Below are positions 40,155 to 49,014 of a stretch of 64,000 bases of DNA, one piece after another (position 1 is the first letter of the stretch; every line of letters begins with the position of its first letter). The position numbers and the translations under genes were made by a program. Below the pieces are notes generated by a model. That model worked only from the letters and a program-made list of their open reading frames with translations, searched no databases and was not told where the DNA came from. Origin of the DNA: an uncultured Spirochaetota bacterium (lineage in GTDB: Bacteria > Spirochaetota > Brevinematia > Brevinematales > JAOACQ01); assembly GCA_963835575.1 (NCBI GenBank), contig CAWIGG010000002.1, positions 672,001-736,000 on the forward strand, in the 5' to 3' direction.

Positions 40155-41550
40155 GAGTTATAATAGAAAGTTGTGTATAGGAATAAATATTATAAAAAAG
40201 ATGGCGTACCCTCTATAATTTATTTACGACAATAAACAAAAGGAGGAATACGCCATATGCCGAAGCACAACGAAGATTTTAAGCTCTTAGAGGCTTTTAA
40301 TCAAGATGAAACAGTAGAATTTTTATGTCTTGAAGAATTGGCAAGGATCGGGGCCAGGGAAATAATCAAGAAGGCTCTGGAAGATGAAATTAATGGGTTT
40401 CTTCAGGAGAGAGAGCATTTAACTATCGAAGACGGGAGAAAGGCAATAGTAAGAAATGGGTATCATAAAGCCCGTCAGATTCTCATTGGTGGAGGGGCTA
40501 TTGATGTATGTATTCCGAGAACAAGGAACCGACTCGGAGGCGACAATTTTCAAAGCCTAATAGTACCGCCGTATATGAGAAAAAGCCTGAGAATTGAGGA
40601 AGCCATTCCATTGTTGTATCTCTATGGAGTCTCAGAGATGGATATGGAGAATGCCTTGAGAGGATTGCTTGGTGAAGAAGCGAAAGGATTATCAGCCTCA
40701 AGTATAAGCAGAATGAAACAAGGATGGGGTAAAGAATATGATGAGTGGCGGACATCCGATTTAAGCGATAAAAAGTATTGCTATATATGGGTTGACGGCA
40801 TTTACTTCAATGTACAGGGCAGCGAAGACCGTTTATGCACTCTTGTAATGATCGGAGCCAATGAGAATGGTGAAAAGGAGATTATTCTTGTTGAAGAAGG
40901 TTACAGAGAGAATTCCGAGACTTGGTTAGGGATATTAAGAAACCTAAAAGAAAAAGGTTTGAAAGGTCCTATTCTTTTTATCGGAGACGGAAGCCTTGGA
41001 TTCTGGAAAGCAGCCAAAGAAGTATATCCTGAATCCAGATGGCAGAGATGCTGGGTTCATAAGATAAAGAACATTCTAAACAAGCTGCCCAAAGTATTAC
41101 AGTCAAAGGCAAAAGAGATGCTTCATGAGATATGCAATGCTCCTGATAAGGATAATGCTATCAAAGCTTTTGAATTATTCCAGGCGGTTTTTAATCCTAA
41201 ATATCCAGCAGCTGTCGAATGTTTAGAAAAGGATTGGGAGCTTATGATCGAATTTTATAACTGTCCGGCGGAACATTGGGTACATATCCGTACGACAAAC
41301 GTAATAGAATCTACCTTCTCTACAGTTCGATTAAGAACTAAAAAGATGAGAGGCTGCGGAACCAGGGAAACGATTCTAATAATGGTCTATAAATTACTGG
41401 ATAAGGCATCCAGGCGATGGAGAAAATTAAGAGGTTATGAAAAGATTAGCCTTGTATTGGAAGGCGCTGTTTTTGAGAACGGAGAGCTTGTAAAAAAGGC
41501 AGCATAAAAAAATGAGAGGGTATGTCATACACAACATTTGACAAAAACTC
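40155..41550 (+). mobile_element. IS256-family insertion sequence, copy 1 (1,396 bp)
   Basis: Imperfect IRs GAGTTATAATAGAAAGTTGTGTAT / ATACACAACATTTGACAAAAACTC; flanking direct repeat TTAATAA at 40148-54 and 41551-57. Confidence 0.93.
40257..41507 (+). CDS. IS256-family (Mutator-like) DDE transposase
   Basis: RNGY, YIWVDG, FIGDG, QRCWVH, RTTNVIES motifs. Confidence 0.95.
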   Translation: MPKHNEDFKLLEAFNQDETVEFLCLEELARIGAREIIKKALEDEINGFLQEREHLTIEDGRKAIVRNGYHKARQILIGGGAIDVCIPRTRNRLGGDNFQSLIVPPYMRKSLRIEEAIPLLYLYGVSEMDMENALRGLLGEEAKGLSASSISRMKQGWGKEYDEWRTSDLSDKKYCYIWVDGIYFNVQGSEDRLCTLVMIGANENGEKEIILVEEGYRENSETWLGILRNLKEKGLKGPILFIGDGSLGFWKAAKEVYPESRWQRCWVHKIKNILNKLPKVLQSKAKEMLHEICNAPDKDNAIKAFELFQAVFNPKYPAAVECLEKDWELMIEFYNCPAEHWVHIRTTNVIESTFSTVRLRTKKMRGCGTRETILIMVYKLLDKASRRWRKLRGYEKISLVLEGAVFENGELVKKAA

Positions 41551-41582
41551 TTAATAAGGTTCTTTTTGGTAATAGTATTCTT

Positions 41583-42200
41583 TTATGGAAAAATGGCCTT
41601 TTTTCCTTCATCGGTCAGCGTAAACCTTCCATTCTTCCGGCTGCTGTTAAACCTGACCCATCCCAGTTCCTTGAGGATTTTCATATCCCGGTTCACCGAA
41701 TTGCGCGACGCGCCGGTGATCTCCCTCATTTCGGCGGCGGAAAGCGACTTTTTTTCAGAAATGGAAAGGAGAATTCGAGCCAGCCGGACTGGAATGCTGG
41801 GCTGGCCGAAGTAGATTTTCAATCCGGCCGTCGAGCGTGTGATGATTTCAACTAATTGTTCGGATGATGCAGCACCATCGCCGGGGTTTGTAGACCCAGA
41901 GCCTGTGTTTGCAGCACCAATTTTGTTTGATGTAGACTCAATTATCTCAGATGTAGCACCAGAATTCTCTGATGTAGACCCATTTTTCCCGGATGTAGCA
42001 CCATCGTTGAAGCTTGTAGACTCAAAATTGTCCTTTGTAGAACCAATTATCTGCTTCATAGACTCAAAATCGGAGTATAAAGACTCAAATTCCTCCGTGA
42101 GGGTGGTGCAGAGCGATTGGTGGAGAACGATCTTGTTCCTGAGGCTGGAGAGCTTCTTCTCAAAATCCCTGACCAGCGCTTCGGAATTCCGGTCCGGCAT
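41583..42200 (-). CDS. Coiled coil + 7-aa tandem repeat + C-terminal winged-HTH protein
   Basis: LSAAEMREITGASRNSVNRDMKILKELGWVRF wHTH; AAAGGGGG RBS; promoter at 42237-42265. Confidence 0.7.
   Translation of the reverse strand: MPDRNSEALVRDFEKKLSSLRNKIVLHQSLCTTLTEEFESLYSDFESMKQIIGSTKDNFESTSFNDGATSGKNGSTSENSGATSEIIESTSNKIGAANTGSGSTNPGDGAASSEQLVEIITRSTAGLKIYFGQPSIPVRLARILLSISEKKSLSAAEMREITGASRNSVNRDMKILKELGWVRFNSSRKNGRFTLTDEGKKAIFP
41868..42086 (-). repeat. Degenerate 21-bp tandem repeat, 11 units, in-frame
   Basis: Cores TGTAGACTC/TGTAGCACC/TGTAGACCC at exact 21-bp period (41876 to 42086). Confidence 0.85.
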
Positions 42201-42220
42201 ATTTTTCCCCCTTTATTGAA

Positions 42221-42289
42221 ATTCCTACCGCAGGAAATTGTACTCCGGGACGGGGAAAAGGGCAAAAATCCGGCTAATTTTCCTGAAGG
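42221..42289 (-). promoter_or_regulatory. Promoter module copy A (TTGCCC-N17-TACAAT)
   Basis: 53/69 nt identical (manual alignment) to 46528-46596. Confidence 0.6.
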
Positions 42290-42485
42290 CGGTTTGCATC
42301 CAGAATAAGGACCCCTGCGGTGCGCCGCCTGCGGAAAACTCCGCAGTAACCTTGATGTAAAAGGACACGGAGGGGAACGGTCAGGGAAAGGACCACAAAG
42401 CAAAGAAGAAAATGAGAAAAACTTCAGATTATCTATTCCGATATGTTATAATATTATAAATTTAGTCATAAGGAGGGGAATTCAC

Positions 42486-42659
42486 ATGGCTAAAAATAAA
42501 CCATATGGAGATGGACATCGTGAAGGAGCGGTTAAAGACCGTTCTCAAGTCCATAATCCGAAAACCGACCGATGGGTCGAGCGAGATACTGGATCAGGCA
42601 GATTCATCAATCAAAAGAGCGATGTGAAGCCTTTCAAAGGTGTCAGGAAGGAAAAATAA
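42486..42659 (+). CDS. 57-aa small basic hypothetical protein (below the ORF-track cutoff)
   Basis: AGGAGG RBS; extended -10 TGTTATAAT at 42444; MAKNKPYGDGHREGAVKDRSQVHNPKTDRWVERDTGSGRFINQKSDVKPFKGVRKEK; hairpin downstream. Confidence 0.8.
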   Translation: MAKNKPYGDGHREGAVKDRSQVHNPKTDRWVERDTGSGRFINQKSDVKPFKGVRKEK

Positions 42660-42667
42660 ACTAGTAG

Positions 42668-42688
42668 AACCCGGTTACAAGCCGGGTT
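42668..42688. terminator. Hairpin between convergent genes
   Basis: AACCCGG-N7-CCGGGTT. Confidence 0.55.
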
Positions 42689-42696
42689 TGATTATT

Positions 42697-43836
42697 TTAA
42701 TAATTATTAGTTCTATAATTTATCATTGATACTGCGTTATTGTAATTATATTTATTTATAATGTAATAACCTGGATGTGTTGATGATAATTGTGATTCTG
42801 GATAAGCCTCATTCCAAGTTAAATCATAAATTGTATCTTCCCATTCGGTTACTGCATGATCCGATTCTGAATGATTTCCAATGATGACCAATTCAGGAGA
42901 GATCCCATATGTTAATCTCATTAAAACTATAAAAAGCATAGCATAAGCTTTACAATCACCTTTTTTTGTTAGCATAGTTACATAAGGGTCTTGCCAATAA
43001 CCACTATCCCCATGCAGATATTCTTCTGAAACATAATTTACATATTTTGAATGCATTTCATGTAAAAATTGCACTGGTGTATAGGAAGAATAAAGATAAT
43101 GAGTATAATAATCCATCTGCAAAATTTTATAAGCATCAATTCGGGAAACAGCATTTTGATTATTTTCGTATATTTTATGATTTCTGCTGTTTCTCAATTT
43201 TTGATTTTGATAAGTAATTCTATCTACTTTTGTTTTATTATCTCCAATATGAAGGTTGGCCATTACTATTCCTAATAGGATTCCAATTATACTTCCGATT
43301 AATAATTTTGACCATAATGATGATTTTGGAATATTATTAGTTGCATATTGTTGTTTTGTGATTCGTTTTTCTTTAATAATTTGGTTGATAGCAGGATTTA
43401 ATTTTGTTTCATAATTTAATTGTGTTTCTTCGCTAATATTATTATTTTCAATTTTATCTTGTTCATTTAGTTCAGACAAAATACGTTCCTTCATTAGCAA
43501 TGCTTCAGTGAAATATGGATTAATTTCAATGGCTTTATCAGCTGCGTATAGGGAGCCTTCAATGTCATTAAGAAAACCTAATGAAAGTGCTTTACAAAAC
43601 CAGGCTTCAGCATAGTCGGGTTTCAACTTGATAGCTTTTTCAAAATCATTAATTGATTCTATATATTTATATGTAGTTTGGTATAAAAAACCTCTATAAT
43701 AATATGCTTCTGCAAAATCCGGATTTAAATTTACGGCTTCATTAAAAGCTATTAGAGCATCATCTGTTTGACCAAGTTTAAATAAAGAAACACCTTTATT
43801 AAAGAAATCTTTAGCATTAATATTAATATTTGCCAT
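42697..43836 (-). CDS. TPR + single TM + transglutaminase-like (BTLCP/LapG-like) cysteine protease
   Basis: 3 TPRs (NPDFAEAYYYRG, KPDYAEAW); TM; YWQDPYVTMLTKKGDCKAYA...HAV...YD catalytic pattern. Confidence 0.72.
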   Translation of the reverse strand: MANININAKDFFNKGVSLFKLGQTDDALIAFNEAVNLNPDFAEAYYYRGFLYQTTYKYIESINDFEKAIKLKPDYAEAWFCKALSLGFLNDIEGSLYAADKAIEINPYFTEALLMKERILSELNEQDKIENNNISEETQLNYETKLNPAINQIIKEKRITKQQYATNNIPKSSLWSKLLIGSIIGILLGIVMANLHIGDNKTKVDRITYQNQKLRNSRNHKIYENNQNAVSRIDAYKILQMDYYTHYLYSSYTPVQFLHEMHSKYVNYVSEEYLHGDSGYWQDPYVTMLTKKGDCKAYAMLFIVLMRLTYGISPELVIIGNHSESDHAVTEWEDTIYDLTWNEAYPESQLSSTHPGYYIINKYNYNNAVSMINYRTNNY

Positions 43837-44060
43837 CGAAAATAATACCCCCTCATTTATTAAGAGTATTATTATTGATCTATATCTTTAAATCCTTATT
43901 TATCATCAAAAACAATACTTACAATCTTATAATCTTTTAATATACTTCTCATATTATCACTGATAAAAGATGAAAATTCTAAATATATTTTTTTTATAAA
44001 CATAATAAAATTTATATTTAAACATTTAAGAAATAAATTACTGTAATAATTCCCTACATG

Positions 44061-45456
44061 GAGTTTTTGTCAAATGTTGTGTATGACATACCCTCTCATT
44101 TTTTTATGCTGCCTTTTTTACAAGCTCTCCGTTCTCAAAAACAGCGCCTTCCAATACAAGGCAAATCTTTTCATAACCTCTTAATTTTCTCCATCGCCTG
44201 GATGCCTTATCCAGTAATTTATAGACCATTATTAGAATCGTTTCCCTGGTTCCGCAGCCTCTCATCTTTTTAGTTCTTAATCGAACTGTAGAGAAGGTAG
44301 ATTCTATTACGTTTGTCGTACGGATATGTACCCAATGTTCCGCCGGACAGTTATAAAATTCGATCATAAGCTCCCAATCTTTTTCTAAACATTCGACAGC
44401 TGCTGGATATTTAGGATTAAAAACCGCCTGGAATAATTCAAAAGCTTTGATAGCATTATCCTTATCAGGAGCATTGCATATCTCATGAAGCATCTCTTTT
44501 GCCTTTGACTGTAATACTTTGGGCAGCTTGTTTAGAATGTTCTTTATCTTATGAACCCAGCATCTCTGCCATCTGGATTCAGGATATACTTCTTTGGCTG
44601 CTTTCCAGAATCCAAGGCTTCCGTCTCCGATAAAAAGAATAGGACCTTTCAAACCTTTTTCTTTTAGGTTTCTTAATATCCCTAACCAAGTCTCGGAATT
44701 CTCTCTGTAACCTTCTTCAACAAGAATAATCTCCTTTTCACCATTCTCATTGGCTCCGATCATTACAAGAGTGCATAAACGGTCTTCGCTGCCCTGTACA
44801 TTGAAGTAAATGCCGTCAACCCATATATAGCAATACTTTTTATCGCTTAAATCGGATGTCCGCCACTCATCATATTCTTTACCCCATCCTTGTTTCATTC
44901 TGCTTATACTTGAGGCTGATAATCCTTTCGCTTCTTCACCAAGCAATCCTCTCAAGGCATTCTCCATATCCATCTCTGAGACTCCATAGAGATACAACAA
45001 TGGAATGGCTTCCTCAATTCTCAGGCTTTTTCTCATATACGGCGGTACTATTAGGCTTTGAAAATTGTCGCCTCCGAGTCGGTTCCTTGTTCTCGGAATA
45101 CATACATCAATAGCCCCTCCACCAATGAGAATCTGACGGGCTTTATGATACCCATTTCTTACTATTGCCTTTCTCCCGTCTTCGATAGTTAAATGCTCTC
45201 TCTCCTGAAGAAACCCATTAATTTCATCTTCCAGAGCCTTCTTGATTATTTCCCTGGCCCCGATCCTTGCCAATTCTTCAAGACATAAAAATTCTACTGT
45301 TTCATCTTGATTAAAAGCCTCTAAGAGCTTAAAATCTTCGTTGTGCTTCGGCATATGGCGTATTCCTCCTTTTGTTTATTGTCGTAAATAAATTATAGAG
45401 GGTACGCCATCTTTTTTATAATATTTATTCCTATACACAACTTTCTATTATAACTC
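44061..45456 (-). mobile_element. IS256-family insertion sequence, copy 2 (1,396 bp, inverted)
   Basis: Same IRs as copy 1; direct repeat CCTACATG at 44053-60 and 45457-64. Confidence 0.93.
44104..45354 (-). CDS. IS256-family transposase (one aa difference from copy 1: KISLV vs KICLV)
   Basis: ORF track comparison. Confidence 0.95.
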   Translation of the reverse strand: MPKHNEDFKLLEAFNQDETVEFLCLEELARIGAREIIKKALEDEINGFLQEREHLTIEDGRKAIVRNGYHKARQILIGGGAIDVCIPRTRNRLGGDNFQSLIVPPYMRKSLRIEEAIPLLYLYGVSEMDMENALRGLLGEEAKGLSASSISRMKQGWGKEYDEWRTSDLSDKKYCYIWVDGIYFNVQGSEDRLCTLVMIGANENGEKEIILVEEGYRENSETWLGILRNLKEKGLKGPILFIGDGSLGFWKAAKEVYPESRWQRCWVHKIKNILNKLPKVLQSKAKEMLHEICNAPDKDNAIKAFELFQAVFNPKYPAAVECLEKDWELMIEFYNCPAEHWVHIRTTNVIESTFSTVRLRTKKMRGCGTRETILIMVYKLLDKASRRWRKLRGYEKICLVLEGAVFENGELVKKAA

Positions 45457-45921
45457 CCTACATGCCAAATTGGATTTTCTTTTGAATTAATATTATTATC
45501 ATAAATATTATTTATTACAAAATATTCGTCCCCGATTTGACCAAGATTTTTATAATGAAATTTATTGGAAATATCTACTTGAATTGAAGTGCCAACTAAT
45601 TGCCAACCTGCCCCATCAGAAACACTGCTGGATTCTAACCTTAAGATTTCTTGATTGGTTTTAGAAAATGATAAACAATATAAAACACAGAAACAAAAAT
45701 TTAATTCGTCTCTATCTATTGCTTTTATTTCAGCTTCTAAATTAGAATTATCTATATATTCGTTAAGCCCTTTCAAAATATTAATAAAATTATCACCAAA
45801 AAATCTTAAAACTTCGTTTGCTTCTATTTTCCTTTTAAAAATATTTAACATATAACCCTCTTTAAAAAAATGAGTTAAACTAATATTTCCAATTTGACGC
45901 CTTGTTCTCCCGAAAAAATGC

Positions 45922-46434
45922 TTAAAATTCACTCCAAGATGGCTTTCTAAGGTTTTCTATTTTATTATCAACTTTTAATCTTAAATCATTTAATCTACCA
46001 TTAATATCAGATATACATTTTCTCAAAATATCAAAGGCATTTCCTACGGTTTCTTTATCATTTTGATTTTTCTCATAATCCTTATACAATATGTCAAGCA
46101 TACCATTTGTATGAACAATTTCACGATAAGTATCAGATAGTGATTCAATAAAATTAATATCACTTTCAAACTCTGTTATTCTCAATCGGGCATTTTCAAG
46201 ATAGTCATGGTTTAATCTTAAAGTACAAGTTAGATTAGATTTTAGCACATCTTTTATACTATTTGAAACCTTCATCAAATGGTTTATTTCAGCTTTGATT
46301 CCATTAAACCAAGCTTTGGAATCGTTATATATTTTAACTTTATTTCTGTGGCCTTCAATCCAAATATTTATTAAAAATGCAGAAAGAAATGCAGAAAGAA
46401 ACCCAAAAAGAAATCCTAAAAATGTATTTAACAT
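45922..46434 (-). CDS. Low-GC hypothetical protein with an N-terminal TM anchor and helical body
   Basis: Start re-picked at MLNTFLGFLFG after a GAGGG RBS. Confidence 0.65.
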   Translation of the reverse strand: MLNTFLGFLFGFLSAFLSAFLINIWIEGHRNKVKIYNDSKAWFNGIKAEINHLMKVSNSIKDVLKSNLTCTLRLNHDYLENARLRITEFESDINFIESLSDTYREIVHTNGMLDILYKDYEKNQNDKETVGNAFDILRKCISDINGRLNDLRLKVDNKIENLRKPSWSEF

Positions 46435-46527
46435 AATTCCCTCAACAAATAAAATATTTAACCCCTTGGCATTGAAGCCATAAAAGGAAACCCAGATAAA
46501 AATAATTGACTGATAGAAAAAATTATA

Positions 46528-46596
46528 ATCCCTATCGGAAGATATTTTACCCCGCGGCGGGAAAAAGGGCAAAAATCAGCCTGGTTTTCCCGACGG
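46528..46596 (-). promoter_or_regulatory. Promoter module copy B (TTGCCC-N17-TAAAAT)
   Basis: Direct repeat of 42221-42289. Confidence 0.6.
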
Positions 46597-46687
46597 AGAA
46601 CCCGCCTCCGGCTGATTAAGCGGCGGCAGTGTTTTTGCAGATGAGTCAATGACGATATTGCCAAAAAGCTTGTTGAAAAATGAAAGT

Positions 46688-47656
46688 CTATGCTACCGGT
46701 AATACCCGGATTTTGTCGTCCAGCTTTTCATTCAGGTAGTTCTGTATCGCGTAGAGAGTGCCGGTCGTACTGGCCGGACAGCCCCTGCAGGCGCCCATAT
46801 AATTAATATAAATATCCGTAAAGCCCTCATTATCCTTGATATCGACAACTTCAAGGCTTCCGCCGTCCGCCGCCAGCATAGGCTTTATTTCATTTTCCAG
46901 AACTTTTTCTATCGCTTTCAATTTCTGGACAACGCCCATACCTTTGAAATCCCTGGTGTTCAAAGTCTCATGTACCTGTTCTTTTTCCATTTGTGCCCTC
47001 ACTTCTTTTAAAATATCGACAAGGTAGTATTTCCTCATTTCATGACCGCCCGGGCGGACGCAAGATTTACAGAAACCCCCTGCCTTTGTATATTGCGTTA
47101 TTTCTTCCACGCTTCTCAGGTTATTAATTCTTATCACGTCTTTTATAGTGCCGAGCGAAACCCTCGCGCATTCGCAGACAATTTCCTCATATTCAAAAGA
47201 GGCCATGTCGACGCCTTTGTAAATCGACGCGGCTTTCTTGATGACATCATAGGCCATGACGCTGCAGTGCATTTTTTGCGGCGGTATGGAAGGTGTGTTG
47301 TCATCGTCCCGCATCGATCTCTCAACATCCAGATTGGTGATCTTAAGCACTTCGTCCACGGTTTTGCCGATGCAGAGTTCCGCCATTGTGTCGCTTGAGG
47401 CGATTGCCGTGCCGCAGCCGAAACTTTTGAATTTTGAATCAAGTATAACATTGCTCTTCGGGTCGACCAGCCAGAATAAGCGGACGGCATCTCCGCAGGC
47501 TTCGGCCCCCCAATCGGCAACGATCAGCTTCGCGCCTTTCGCTTTCGCTTCTTCTTCAGATATCTCGCCTCTATGGACTGGATTATTCATTTTTTCGCTG
47601 ACTTTATTGGAATATTGCTCCCAGAGAGCCCCGCCGATCAAATCGTTTTTTGCCAT
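46688..47656 (-). CDS. nifU: Three-domain Fe-S scaffold NifU (IscU-like, BFD-like, Nfu)
   Basis: ACGDAVRL, FGCGTAIASS, KMHCSVM, CEC...CKSC, DGG...GACRGC. Confidence 0.93.
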   Translation of the reverse strand: MAKNDLIGGALWEQYSNKVSEKMNNPVHRGEISEEEAKAKGAKLIVADWGAEACGDAVRLFWLVDPKSNVILDSKFKSFGCGTAIASSDTMAELCIGKTVDEVLKITNLDVERSMRDDDNTPSIPPQKMHCSVMAYDVIKKAASIYKGVDMASFEYEEIVCECARVSLGTIKDVIRINNLRSVEEITQYTKAGGFCKSCVRPGGHEMRKYYLVDILKEVRAQMEKEQVHETLNTRDFKGMGVVQKLKAIEKVLENEIKPMLAADGGSLEVVDIKDNEGFTDIYINYMGACRGCPASTTGTLYAIQNYLNEKLDDKIRVLPVA

Positions 47657-47679
47657 CTATTATATCCTATAATAATATT

Positions 47680-48846
<1,167 letters not shown>

Positions 48847-49014
48847 TTATTTTTCTCTCAATACATAAATTTAAATAAAAAACTAAAATTAGTCAACATT
48901 ATCCCTTGTAAAATAAGCGGATTTTATCATTTTTCCTGATTTCGGCGGCGGCACTGGACCGCAGATTATTTTGAGTTTGTGATTAATAAAAAATATTTCT
49001 TTTTTTTAGATTTT

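Larger units (their letters stand above)
43896..45851 (-). pseudogene. Low-GC hypothetical gene interrupted by IS256 copy 2
   Basis: Removing the IS and one CCTACATG joins ...NPIWHVG to NYYSNLFLK...VFDDK*, in frame and open to TAA at 43896. Confidence 0.8.

Noticed and set aside
39944..40180. 78-aa plus-strand ORF, or a c-di-GMP riboswitch
   Set aside because: TTG start without RBS and runs into the IS end; riboswitch consensus (GGCAAA...GAAA...GACGCAAA) is not present in order
41868..42086. CRISPR or mini-CRISPR array
   Set aside because: Cores are ~9 bp and degenerate, the period is 21 bp in-frame within a CDS, and there are no cas genes
41538..42403. Overlapping ORFs 41538, 41566, 41839, 42056 and 42117
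   Set aside because: Shadow frames of the wHTH gene and its promoter; no RBS or recognisable motifs
40155..45456. Composite transposon that arrived as one unit
   Set aside because: The outer flanks do not share a duplication; each IS has its own TSD
45393..45932. 179-aa ORF as an intact gene
   Set aside because: Its C-terminus is read from the IS end and its N-terminal extension precedes the RBS-supported ATG at 45851
42697..46434. Integron cassette array
   Set aside because: No integrase and no attC-like RYYYAAC...GTTRRRY palindromes seen between the genes
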